Assembly: GCA_028534125.1 (NCBI GenBank) | Contig: CM052816.1 | Span: 84,384,001-84,448,000 of the forward strand | Length of the DNA: 64,000 nt | Origin: Lama glama | Lineage: Eukaryota | Reading direction: 5' to 3' | Shown here: positions 11,616 through 24,060 of the stretch, piece by piece | How the letters are laid out: the number at the start of each line of letters is the position of its first letter | Numbering within the stretch: the first letter of the stretch is position 1 | Translations under genes and position numbers: made by a program | Notes under the pieces: model-generated | What the model was told of the DNA's origin: nothing | Seen by the model: the letters and a program-made list of their open reading frames with translations, nothing else | Databases searched by the model: none

Positions 11616-14255
11616 TCAAGAACTTTTCTTTCTATTTTGTTCAAGAAATCAGAATCCTACAAATCCTTTAAATAGGATTTCACAATTTCTACCTACACTA
11701 GCATTTTGAAGATTTTTGGATCACAAGAACTAGCAGGAATGGGATTTCTTATGAGAGCATTCATCTAATCCATTGATATCCAGTGTTTAAGACTTTTTCC
11801 CACAATATATGGAGAAATAGTTAACTAGTCTCTCATTGATCAACTTAAATGATGAGGAACTCAAGTCATTACCTCCAAGAATAATTCAATATAATCTCAT
11901 TATTAGACTCTTTATTTGCAAAGCAATTCTGTACTTACATAAATTTCTGTGGCATTCCTTGGGATCAAAGATAGCACATTTAAATTTTCTAAATATCCTC
12001 TCATCTCTCAACTTTCTTCTTGTAATATATTGAGCCCCATTTAAATAAATGAGAACCAAAAATTTCTTAGAAACAAAAACTCTTAAAATTTTTGGTTCTT
12101 ACTTCTTGAGATGAAATACACAGCTAGAGAGAATCCAGGCAGCTCAAGCATTCCAGAGGTCCTTCTGGATGATCCAAATGTCCCTGGTTCCTGTGGCTAG
12201 CTGAAGCTTCCAGGGGTGAACCCAAGAAACTTACAGTCATTTCCAGCTAATTTCATGGTTTGAGAGAGACTTCCCTGAGGCAACAAAATCAGGATAGTCT
12301 TCTATTTTAAAAATAGACCTCCAGGGACTCTGAGACCATCCCCCTGCCTTGTGAATAGCGAAGATGAGATTCCCAGGAAGAGCAAATTTCCAAGCCTTGT
12401 TTTCTCATACTTGTATCTTTCTCAATATTCCCTCAAAATAAGAGCATTAGCATTACCCCAAGAGAATTGGTCTCGGTGGATGACTGAAGTACCAATGACA
12501 TTGTGTTACAATTTGAATTCATGTGGTGTTTTACTCTATTTTAGATGTGATATGGCTAGTACCAATGAGGCTATATTGTCTACTCATCCTTAATAAAGAT
12601 TAGATAAATTCAACCATTTATTTGTCTTATAATGATAATCTATAGTAAATTTACAGCCAAGGAAAATTGCTCATTTAAATTACTGTTCTCTTTCATTCAG
12701 GTTTTTCTAAATATTTTTATTTTATATTTAAATGATGAAATTGAGGATTTTATTAATATATTTCATTAAAATAAAGTAAAATACATAATTTTATTTATAA
12801 ATAAAATAAAATAAATGATTTTATTTCATTTTTTAATCTTGATTTATTCTGTCATTAAGATATTTTAGGATTCTGAGAAATTCCAGTACAGATTACCTAC
12901 ATATATCATTTACTTAAATAAATTTAAATTTGTTCAACAAAATTTACTTAGCAAATTTTTTTACAAAGGAAAATTTACAAAAAGAAAATTTCCACAGAAA
13001 TTTTTTACAAATGAAAAGATGCCACTGGCCAAGAAGAAAGGCCTATGTACAAAGTCCATTCACAGATCAAAAACACTGGATCAGTGCATTAAAATGAGTC
13101 TAATGCTTGGATCAGAGTCCCAAGTATATGGATTTGCTCTGGTTTGGCCCAGTGAGCTGCACACAGATACAGAAATAGTAATGGTTAATCCATGTGAATA
13201 CTGAACACAGAACATAAGGCAGAAGTTCCTTCAATGAGAGAAAAAAAAAGGTGACATCAATTTCACACTTTTCCTTTGTTTCTTTTTCCTTAAAAAATCA
13301 CAGTGGAAGGTTTTCCAGAAAACTGCTACTACATTCTATTTGATCCTATTTTCTAATTAACAGAGGTCAGCTGCATTAAAAGTGCACTATTTGGCAAAGG
13401 ACATTTAATTGTTTTCTATAGCACTTTCCAATCATACATCATACTTCTAGTACACCTGAGGCATGTATAGAAGCTGGAAGTTACGATAGATACTTCCTCA
13501 TCAAATAGTCCAGTTTGACAGGAAACCCAGGTTGTTTTGATAGGCAATGCTTGTTTATTGGACACATTTAAAATATATTGATCTTGTATAGACTGGCATC
13601 TGTAAAATATATCTTTGAATTTCTCAATATGCCATACCCAAATTAGTAATGTTTTAAATATGCACATTTTTATGTAGGTTGATTTTCATTACTGGGAGTC
13701 CAAAATATTTGGGGGGGGGTAAATTACCAAAAAAATGAGATTATTCTTACTCACAAAGATCTATTTATTGTTAGAAAAAGGCTTCTGCTCCATGAAGTTT
13801 GATGTTCCAGAGCATTTGTCAGACAGACAAATTTTCCTATTTAATAGCTCTGGCCTGGGGTGGAATGGGGGATGGGGAGTGGCAGTTGGAAGCAGCTTCT
13901 GAATCTTCCACTGGCTACATTCCTGATACTTGCTCTTCAATTTGCTCCACTCATGTGGCCATTCCCACCTCACCATTTTCTTCTCCCACTAAATAGCTTT
14001 ATAAGACCTACTTGGACTCAGGATATTACAGACAGATGGCTTTATGGCCTGATGTTTTTGCGGCCTGGTCAAGTGTTTGTGTTTAAGATGGCTGAAACAA
14101 ATCAACATTTTTATTAAGCCCATTTTGTGGCACTGATTATCAAGAAAGAGAAGAACATGATTATATGTATACAAATGGATCCATCTATTGTATATGTTTT
14201 GGCATATAACACTTCAACTTGGAGATATGTATATATAAAATTATTATTATGTACA

Positions 14256-14854
14256 TGCAATGAGTTTTTCTATTGCTGCACAAACAATGATCACAACCCA
14301 AACTTAGTGGCTTAAAACAGCACGCACCTATCATTTCATGGCAGGGCAGGAGTCCCAGCACAGCTCTGTATTCACTCTGCTTAGGGTTTCACAAGGCTGC
14401 CCTCAAGGTGGAGGCTAAGTTCTCACCTGTAGGCTCAACTACAGAAGAATCTGCCTTCAAGCTTATTTAAGTTTTTGGAAGAATTCACTTACTTGTGGCT
14501 GAATGGTAGAGAATCTCAGATTTGATTGGAGGCCACTCTCAGTTTCCAGAGGCTGCTCAGAGTTCCTAGAGGCCACCTGCATTTCTCTGCCACATGAGCT
14601 TCCTCAAGATGGCTGTTTACCTCATCAAGCCAGCACAGAGACACTTTCATTACAGTCGCTGAGATGAAGTCTTGTTGATAACATAATGAAATCACAGGAA
14701 TGACATCCCATGTTCTTTGTTATATAATGTAACTAAATTGAGGGATTCGTTACAAGTAAGTGGTCTTGCTCACACCCTAGAGGATGAGATTGCATAAAGA
14801 GGTAGATACTAAGAGGTGGGATTTTGAAGATCACTTTGGGGTCTGTGCACCACA
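14256..14854 (-). mobile_element. MaLR LTR (MLT1F/G-like)
   Basis: ctattgctgca..aaacttagtggcttaaaacagcac..cacaaggctgc..tcaaggtg..ending gtctgtgcaccaca. Confidence 0.8.
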
Positions 14855-15858
14855 ACATGTGAAAGAATTATTTTATTAACTTGGTTAGTTAGAGTTGCTA
14901 AATTTTTAACACTCTCTTGCCAATGAAAAGAACGACAGAAAGATTATAAATCAAAGAATTCCAGAAAGAGTGCTGACTTCCACTAAGTCAACCTTATAAT
15001 AATTTCTTGTGTTTCCATAGTCACCAGAAGATGAGAATCAAGAGAGCCACCTTATCAAAAATGCCCATAACTGCAGTACCCTCAGTCTTTGCAGATCTAC
15101 AGATATGAACAGATCACTTTATAAGCAATGCAGACATAGTTTTGCCACAAAAATTTGGATGTCATTATTAGTTTAGTCAAAATTCTGTTTAAATACAAGG
15201 TGATTATCATGGTCAGAATAATGTGAATCAATTTTATGTGCTGGTATTCCCTTTGTACTAAAAAAAGTCTCACTGCATAATTGTTTATGTAATTTGACTG
15301 ATTTCAAGATATCTACACACCTCAAAAAAAGAAGAGGTAAAAAATAAAAAATGTTCATAGTACATATAGAGACTGTTTAAGTCACATTTTTTTCCATTTC
15401 AGAGGAAACTTCTTTGAACTTAATTTTATGATTTGCCATAAATTTGAAGGTATGAGTATGTAGAAATAACATAATTGAGATAATTCTGGTGGATGTGCTT
15501 AAAAAATGCAAACGGCTATAGAAAATAAAGTAAAAATTGTAATGCCAATTACTCTCAGTACTCTTAGTATTTCACATTTTTCCCTTGAGTTTTTATTTTA
15601 GGTAATGCCATATTTATTATGCTAGTTATCCAGACTTGAATTAACTTATTGATTGCAAATTCACTTGTCAACATAATTAGTATAATGTACCTCTGCATTT
15701 ATTGCTCAGTTAGACATACAAACAGTTTTCCTTAGAAGTTTAGGTTGAATAGCTTTTGAAGTTCTAAATATAGAAAAAGGTTCTAACAGAAAAATGCACT
15801 TAGCAAAATCAAACAAAAATCTGTGTAATTGCTCTCAATTGAGAACACAGACGCTTAC

Positions 15859-15998
15859 CTCTTTGCAGATACATCTGCGAATACATAAAGTGTTAAACTA
15901 CTAATGAGCAATCACAGAGCAGGGGAGAAGAAAATGAGACATTTTCTTTCGTATTTGCTCCTGACAGAGAGTAATATTCAAATGACCACTCTGCAAGT
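15859..15998 (-). other. Candidate 140-nt non-coding exon
   Basis: Minus-strand acceptor tgtccttgtgccttttcag| and donor GAG|gtaagc; stops in all three frames; no transcript evidence. Confidence 0.25.
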
Positions 15999-17071
15999 CT
16001 GAAAAGGCACAAGGACATGTGCTTGAAGGTGAATGAGTATAATAAATAGATGGAGATAGTTGCTTCTTTCTCAATACTAGGCATATCACATTTTCAGATA
16101 GAAATAGTCATTAAGAAAACATTTTGTCAATTTAAAATATGACTAATTGTAAATTACCTTCACAGTATTATTCAGATGAGAGAGAAGGATTTTGCCAATG
16201 GTATTAGATCATGTGAGAAAAATATGTTCCTCATCCGTCAATGATAAATATTCTGTTATTTGCCTAAGTACACCCAGGTTCCAATAACACATGAAAACTC
16301 CACAACTGACACAGTGAGGTTCAGGGTATGGGTCTTTCCCCATAGCTGGTGAAGGTAATAGATGAATATAAAAGTGCCATGTTTTGACCACCTTCCCTAC
16401 AGGCTTCCTGGTCTTGCTTTCAACTTCCTTAGTCTAAATTGTTTCATTTAGCCTTAAAAGTCATGTCAATGTCTCACCTTTGAATAGACACTATTTTGAG
16501 TTTATGCATTGTTTGAACTTCCGTATTCTTTTCTTCCTTCCTGCCAACCCTCTCCTCTCTGGACCCCTCCCAACATGCACTAATCATTAGCTCTGCTTCT
16601 GGTTAATAAGAAACATCAAGAATTGCCTTGCCTGCTTGCTCAGTAAGATATTTCCAAGAGATGACAAGGAATATCAAAAGATGTAGATGATGCCACCAGG
16701 ATTGGTTGAATAAAATTTTGCTGAGATTAAAATATCTGAAAGACTATAAGAACTGAGTATCTGACATCTTTCATGAATTACAACAGAATGATAGAGAAGT
16801 TTTGGAGTTTGGGAGAATTTTTGATGACCTGTGATGGGAGATTTCATTTAAGAGTCAATGGGAAAAATGCTTAAAGAGACAATAATAATTAAAATGAGGA
16901 TATACTTGTGGTTCAGTTATCGTCATAACATTTTTAAACAATACATAACTAAATTTCTAAATGACGCACAAATTCTTAGTCCTTATGCAATGGAAAGAAT
17001 ATATTATGGCCTTACTGTAGACAAGGTAAACCACAAGATTCCTGTTTCCATGCTACGTGTGGTCTTTCTTG

Positions 17072-17350
17072 TATCCACTCAACAATATGCACTCAACAAA
17101 TATTTAATGACCTTTCTCTATGCAAAATGTTTAGTCTATTTCTCCTGCGAATATAAGGATGAATAAATTATTATTCTAAACTAAATAATCTCAAAAACTT
17201 ATGTGGGTATAGAATATTATATAAACAACTACTGTATTGAACAGAATGCATTAAGTATACAGCAGAAGTGCCCCTTGGGAGTCCAAAGGAGGTAGTGAAA
17301 CTTTAGTCTGTAATTGTCAAGACATTTGGAGAAACTGATGTTTGCTTTTA
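17072..17350 (-). mobile_element. L2 3' end fragment
   Basis: cactcaacaaatatttaatgac..tctctatgcaa matches the reverse complement of the L2 terminus. Confidence 0.45.
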
Positions 17351-17911
17351 GCCCAGATGGTCAGTTTTAATGTGAGTGGAAGGTCAAATCTGAATACAAA
17401 ATGGAACGCCAGCTTAGCTCTTTCAGTAAGGGAGAAAATTGAGTAGCCTATTTTTATGTATCTTTCCTACATAAGCAGTCTCACAGATAAGCAATTATTT
17501 TTCAAAGTGATGGTTTAAAGGATGATAGTCAACTATTATGGACATTTCTACTCTAAGTCCAAGCAAGGTTTTAACATTATTTATTTGCAAAAATTTTGCC
17601 TTTTATTTAAAGAGTTAATGGCAAGAATATGAAAAGATCTCAATGCATTATCATGCTTTGTTAGCCCTGAAGATTGATATATATATATTTTGCCCTGAAT
17701 TTTATTAACAGGGCAATTTTTTGAGCTATTTCTTCTGATTTGATTTGCTATGAAATCAACAACTTAAGGTTCAAAACAAATGATGTATGACTGTGTGTCA
17801 AAGTACATTATCTGAACTTTTTGAAAAAGCCATAAACATTGTTGTGAATTAATCTGAATAAAATTATCTTCCTCCTTTGAAACATTATGGACATAAAATT
17901 AAAAAAAAAAC

Positions 17912-18043
17912 TAAGATGTTCATGCATCTTGAGTTGCCTGGGATGATTCTGATTTAGGACTATGATTTATGAGTATAATTAACTACACCCATTTCACTCT
18001 TTGAAGTGGCCTAGTTTGGACAAAAAATTATTTGATCACCCTA
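17912..18043 (+). mobile_element. MER94-like hAT-Blackjack MITE
   Basis: About 130 bp; ccatttcactct..aagtggcctagtttggacaaaaaattatttgatcacccta matches the MER94 right half and its TIR (ggtcacccta). Confidence 0.7.
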
Positions 18044-18165
18044 AATAAAAGGAATATGTAAGTGCCAACTATTCAGTTTAATAATATCCATTAGAAACAG
18101 CCTGGCCCATCATCTTCTCTTTTCCAAAATCTTTTTTGAATCTGGAGTTCATAAATATACATGAT

Positions 18166-18309
18166 TGTTCTGGACTGAATTGTGTTCCCTCAAACTAAAT
18201 ATTGCCCTTTACCTCTAAATGAGACCTTTTTTAAAAGAAAGGTCTTTGAGATATAATCAGATTAAGATGAGTCATACTGAATTAGGGTGGACTCTAAATG
18301 CAATGACTG
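18166..18309 (+). mobile_element. MaLR LTR (MLT1B/C) 5' part, interrupted by L1
   Basis: tgttctggactgaattgtgttccc..ggtctttgagatataatcagattaagatgagtcatactg..tagggtgg..ctaaatgcaatgactg. Confidence 0.8.
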
Positions 18310-18631
18310 CATATAGTGGCACTTTTACCTCTTCTTTTCCAATTTGGATCTCTTTAATTTCTCTCTCTTGTCTGATTGCTGCAGCTAGGATTTCTAAGAC
18401 TATGTTGAATAGGAGTGGTGATAGTGGGCATCCTTGTCTTGTCCCAGATTTTAGTGGGAAGCTTTTGAGTTTTTCACCGTTGGGTGCTATGCTGGCTGTA
18501 GGTTTGTCATATATAGCTTTTATGATGTTGAGATATGTTCCCTCTATACCCACTTTGGTGAGAGTTTTTATCATAAATGGTTGTTGAATTTTATCAAATG
18601 CTTTTTCTGCATCGATTGAGATGATCATATG
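18307..18631 (-). mobile_element. Young L1 ORF2 reverse-transcriptase segment (inverted 5' part)
   Basis: Open frame [24 protein letters not shown]...[18 protein letters not shown]...EEVKVPLYA, breaking at the (Y/F)ADD motif. Confidence 0.95.
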
Positions 18632-18766
18632 CATAGCAGCATTATTTACAATAGCCAAGACATGGAAACAGCCTAAATGTCCATCAACAGGTGACTGGAT
18701 AAAGAAGATATGGTATATTTATACAATGGAATACTACTCAGCCATAAAAACCGACAACATAATGCC
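18632..18766 (+). mobile_element. Young L1 ORF2 C-terminal segment (non-inverted part), runs into the gap
   Basis: [39 protein letters not shown] is the L1 ORF2 C-terminus. Confidence 0.95.
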
Positions 18767-19266
18767 NNNNNNNNNNNNNNNNNNNNNNNNNNNNNNNNNN
18801 NNNNNNNNNNNNNNNNNNNNNNNNNNNNNNNNNNNNNNNNNNNNNNNNNNNNNNNNNNNNNNNNNNNNNNNNNNNNNNNNNNNNNNNNNNNNNNNNNNNN
18901 NNNNNNNNNNNNNNNNNNNNNNNNNNNNNNNNNNNNNNNNNNNNNNNNNNNNNNNNNNNNNNNNNNNNNNNNNNNNNNNNNNNNNNNNNNNNNNNNNNNN
19001 NNNNNNNNNNNNNNNNNNNNNNNNNNNNNNNNNNNNNNNNNNNNNNNNNNNNNNNNNNNNNNNNNNNNNNNNNNNNNNNNNNNNNNNNNNNNNNNNNNNN
19101 NNNNNNNNNNNNNNNNNNNNNNNNNNNNNNNNNNNNNNNNNNNNNNNNNNNNNNNNNNNNNNNNNNNNNNNNNNNNNNNNNNNNNNNNNNNNNNNNNNNN
19201 NNNNNNNNNNNNNNNNNNNNNNNNNNNNNNNNNNNNNNNNNNNNNNNNNNNNNNNNNNNNNNNNNN
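18767..19266. other. Assembly gap (500 N)
   Basis: Run of N; the round length suggests a placeholder or estimated size. Confidence 1.
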
Positions 19267-19839
19267 TCACCCTTAGTCATTTTTGATACCAATCAAAAGG
19301 AACATCTAATATCTCTTGCATTTGAAAAATATTGAAAGCAGTTTACCTACCCTGAAATTCCACTGAAAAGGTAGTTTTCATATGTAGCATATGACTAGAA
19401 ATTGTTCTAAAGTTATATACTTTCCAGCACATTTAAAGTCTGGTCAACAAATACACAAAAATTAAAGTCAAAGGAACTTAGAGATTACCTAACTAACGTT
19501 TTTAAATGTCTTCAGTATTATCTGAGGAATAAAATGGATCAGTGTTCAAGAAGTGCTGAAGCGATACAGATCTAGTATTTCAGAAATGAAACAGAGTTTG
19601 GGAGAGACCAGGTGACATCATTTGGCCAGTGGCACCAGAATGAAGATTAGAAGTCAATCAACTTCACCTGGTCAATTTACTTTTCCTATAGCACACAGCC
19701 TTTAATTATTAGAGTAACTGGGCCATGGCTTTTTGTATGGTTCCAGGATATAAAATCTATAAAGATTTTCTAAGAGTATGAAACATAAGAAAAGGAATTC
19801 ATCAAAACTAAATTCAAAGTTTCAATAAAAGAATTAAAA

Positions 19840-19843
<4 letters not shown>

Positions 19844-19873
<30 letters not shown>
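19844..19873. repeat. (TG)n microsatellite, about 15 units
   Basis: Directly visible. Confidence 0.97.
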
Positions 19874-19874
<1 letters not shown>

Positions 19875-20667
19875 ATGTATAATTTTTTGCCTGAATAATT
19901 ATTTTAACTTCCTTGTATGTAGTATGGTAACCTATAGCCCACAATTTAAATGGAATACAAATTAGGCTTTTTTTTTCTTCTTAAATGTAAGTATTTCTAA
20001 ACACTATTCTTTCTTAGAGAGCCATATAATTTTGGTGCGTGTTTTAATTTAAGTTACTCCTGGTCTGCTTCTCTTCTAATTATTTTAAAATGCTGTATTG
20101 AGATTAATTTCAGTGGTAGTAATGTATATAATTTAAATGAAAACATGAAATCAAATTACCACTGGCTTATGCAATATTTAAGAAAAGCAGCTTAAATTGC
20201 GGAGAAGTGGAATTAAGCACTGCAATAGTATTGAAATGTATAAGTTAATTCTTTCCTACTGGATTAAGTAAAGGGATTGGCCGGAAATCTTTAGTTGTGA
20301 ATGATAGTGCTGGGGAGTTTACATGAGCAGCAACATGAGTGAGCCAAGAAAGATTATCAGAGGAAAGAAACAATAGCTGTTCTTTAGGGAGCCCTGAATA
20401 AGGTTTAGTAGGCACACTCAAATTGCTCCTTTTACTTTTTGCAATATTACATTTTACTGCTTGTTATTTTATTTTTATAATAATTTTATTTACCTATTTC
20501 TCCCTGCAAAGTATAGAAAATAGCATACTTTTTCTTCTACGTCTGTAATTGTAGAATGGTAAAATGGTGCTCGTTTGATTTAGTGCAGTGATTTCCTTTG
20601 GATTCTATTGAAATAATCTCAAACAATATCCAATGTTAAGAGAAGGTTTAAAAATAATAACAAGGTC

Positions 20668-20870
20668 ATCTAAATGAAATGTCCAGAATAGCCAAATCCA
20701 TAGAGACAGAAAGTAGATTCACAGCTGTCAGGGGCTGGAGACATGGGGAAAGGAAAGTGACTGTTAATGGTTACAGGGTTGCTTTTTGGGATGATGACAA
20801 TATTCTAAAATTAGATTATTGAGATGTGTGCACAATTCTGTGAATACATGAAAACCTTTGAATCTTTTAT
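20668..20870 (+). mobile_element. L1MB-like 3' UTR fragment
   Basis: atgaaatgtccagaatagccaaatccatagagacagaaagtagatt..caggggctgg..tttttgggatgatgacaatattctaaaattagat. Confidence 0.85.
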
Positions 20871-21723
20871 AAACAATAGTTGTACCTAATTTAAAACAAT
20901 AATATTTGGCTATTTCGTTGGTTAAAAGTATCAAAGGTCTTTCACATACTAACATCCTTGAAGCCAATAAATCCTCTCCTCAAATTATACTCTAAAAATC
21001 AAAATAAAAGTGCAAATATTTAGCTGTAACAGTATTTATATCAGTGCTGTAATGGTATTTGCACCGTTGGTATGTATGATTAAAACTTTGAAAACAAATA
21101 ATCATTGCAAGGGTAAGAAGTATTATCTTTGGACTTACACAAACATGACAAATTTAATCTCAAGCCATATATATCAATTTTGCATGTAACTTTTCATTTC
21201 ATTCAATAATTGCTATAAGTTTATGTGAAGATTTACAAAATCATTTGAATAGTAGTTCCACAAAGTTCTATACTAAATGATATCGAGTGAAGGGAGCGTT
21301 CAACATGTCTACTTTTATAAATTCACATTTAAGATACAAGTTCTTAAAGTATCAGATTTGATACAATTTAAACAATGATTTTAAAGTAAAGATTTAATGA
21401 AAATCTTTCAAGCTAAGCTCTGGGTCTCAGTGTATATTTAAGCTCCTACATCTGCTAGAGAATAATTAATTTGTTGATCTGCAACCTAACTTGAGATACT
21501 CTTGAGGAGAATAGATGGTCTAGGAACCTTCAATTCTGTAGCACATATTTGATCCTGTCTTCATTTGGAAACCTTAAAGTTTGGATAATTTAACCCAAAA
21601 ATGGGTGATAAAGTAGTTTTCATGTCTATCCTTGAGATCTTCTCTAGCCTGGGAGCCCTAAGAGATGGTTTCAGAACTTGAGAAGGATTTTTGTCTGGAA
21701 GATTACACATTTCAAACCAGTTT

Positions 21724-21791
21724 AAAAAAAAGAAAGAAAGGAAGGAAGGAAGAAAGGAAGAAAGGAAGGAAGGAAGGAAGGAAGGAAGGAA

Positions 21792-21833
<42 letters not shown>

Positions 21834-21840
21834 ACGAACG
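21724..21840. repeat. Compound (GGAA)n/(GAAA)n tetranucleotide microsatellite
   Basis: About 110 nt pure purine run, ending in gaacgaacg. Confidence 0.97.
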
Positions 21841-22154
21841 GACCTAATTGTCCATTATAGTCCTATTTTAGGCAAGCTACAATTTACTATTTAGAAATTA
21901 TTTTAACATTCTCCTTTGCTATTAAATGCATCAGGTGTGACTAAAAGAAATTTATTAACCTTAACAATTACTATTTTGTTGCCACTTTAAAAGCAGTTCC
22001 TCTTCACCAAGTCTTTCCTCTTCTCCTCTAAAATTAATCTAGTTATATCTTGGTAGTCAATGTTAATGAATTTTTTTTTTTTTGGTTTACTATTCATCTC
22101 ACACCAATTAAGACTCCCTCCAAGTGACCTCTCTCCTAGAAATAACTCTCCCCT

Positions 22155-22818
22155 TATTATGGACTGGGTCCCCTGAGGCCATTTTCAGTGCCTTAGGAAC
22201 CACTGGTGGGTGCAGTGCCTTAGAAACCACAAAAGATTTGAACCTGTGCACCACTGATCTCCAGAATTATATCAAGTCTGTGTCAAAATGCATAACTTTA
22301 AAAGTAGCTCCTAAGTTCACAGACCTATGCAGAATTGTTTAAAAAGGAAGAAAGAGTGAGAGATATAAAAGTATGTTTCCAGGAATCTCATACAGTGTAG
22401 TATCTAAATCTAAGAGTACGGGAATCCTATGTTATATTTGTCTTCTTTTCTCTCTAGTAAGCTTGCCTTTTATGGAATTTCTTATCCTTTTTGGTTACAG
22501 CAATAATAGCCAAAGACTGTACTCATTAATTAAGAAGCAACCTGTGTATGAGACCCAATGCTTGCCCACAAACCCTCCACTTGTTATAGTACAAGTCTCC
22601 CAGTGGCTGTGCAAATCTTATATCATCGTAATTGTTTCTGTATATTTGAATAAAGCAAGCATCTGTGTATCTGCTGCAACAAGCTGGCTCTCGCTGGAGC
22701 CTGTGCAAGACCCTCTTCTCACTCCCCAGCTAAGAGTAAATCTGCCTCGGGCATTCTTTGTTAAAATCTAAGGCTTACCCTGAATTTGGTTGGACCCAGT
22801 AGGCTACCTTGATCTACA
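22155..22818 (+). mobile_element. Possible ancient LTR (family not identified)
   Basis: More GC-rich block with AATAAA near 22649, a U5-like stretch and a ..gatctaca end. Weak evidence. Confidence 0.3.
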
Positions 22819-23844
22819 TTTTCAATTTGATGTGGGAGTTGAGCCCAGGATATTAATAGTACACACATTAAATTGCTTGTCGTGTAGGAACTCTACAGTT
22901 GAGGATAAGTCACTTTTACATTTGATACCACATTTGTATTATATGAATACTTACGCTTTTCTTAAAGTATGTTGTTTACATTTATACTAAAGACCTCATT
23001 TGGGATATTATGGGTTAAACTTTCACTACAGATTTATTATAAAGAATTTCAAAAATTAACTTTGAGAAATATGGGGAAAAGGATAATCTGACAAGGGTTC
23101 AGAATAGTAGAGGGTTATTTGTAATTTGTGGCTTCCAAGCTTCCAGATTGCAAATGATCAAATCCTGAGTTAGGTAATAGGATTGACTGTCTTTCCAAGG
23201 TCTGGAATCTGCTGGTATTTTCAACTACTTGTAAATACATGTAATCCATGTATTTTAGCACTTCTTCTGCATGTAATTTTACTTCTGAAAATAGCTACTT
23301 AACTAATATTTTTTAAAAGACACATTAAATTAATTTAAAAACTATATAATCACCACAGGCTTCATCTAAACTTTATCAAATTTAAGCATTTACCAAAATT
23401 TGTTTAAGTAGGTGTTATTGATAACTAATACTTCTTTCTCATTCACTGAATTTTACATTACATAAAATTTGGGGCCTATAAAGATAAACCCTAAAATTAA
23501 AATGGAATAATAATCATTTGGAAAAGTATCTTATCACATATTTTTCTCTGTATGGAGAAACAGAGAAAGTAAAATGTTTGTTTCACATGTTCATAAAATA
23601 TTTTGTTTTTCTTTTTGATGTAAATGACTATGAAATCACATTGATCTTGATAAACACAAACTCGTGTCAGCACTGTTCACAATCAGGCTCACTCCAGCTT
23701 TATAGCTGTCATGTCTGTTGCTCTATTATACATAAAGTTAGGTATCAAGCAAATTGTATTACTTTCCTTCCTTTTTTCCTGACAGTGCTTATGTATTTCA
23801 CTCCACTGGTAAATTCCATCTCCAAGAAATGGTAGCAAGGTAAT

Positions 23845-24060
23845 CTGAAATCCAATTGTCTTGAGTTTTTATTTCACCTCTTCCACTTGGTACTCATACA
23901 GCTTGGATAAATTAATATCTCAAAGACTAGATTCTTCATGTATAAAATGAGGATAAAAATAATAATCACACATGTCCCACATCTGGGAACTAAAAATAAA
24001 ATAAAACATAAAGTTCTTGACGTATAATAAAGGTTCAATAAATGTTAGCTATCATTACTT
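23845..24060 (+). mobile_element. MIR SINE
   Basis: ttcttcatgtataaaatgaggataaaaataa core and tcaataaatgttagctatcattact tail. Confidence 0.65.

Noticed and set aside
12935..13020. Degenerate aaattt(t)acaaa repeats
   Set aside because: Low-complexity AT-rich slippage with no constant period.
13857..13882. Possible G-quadruplex
   Set aside because: Only three tracts of three or more G; weak.
18219..18587. 122-aa hydrophobic plus-strand ORF
   Set aside because: Antisense read of L1 ORF2 fused to MLT1 sequence; not a host gene.
18621..19292. Long ORFs of 178-221 aa in the track
   Set aside because: Artefacts of translating through the 500-N gap.
21665..21894. Lys/Arg/Glu-rich ORFs
   Set aside because: Translation of the GGAA/GAAA microsatellite.
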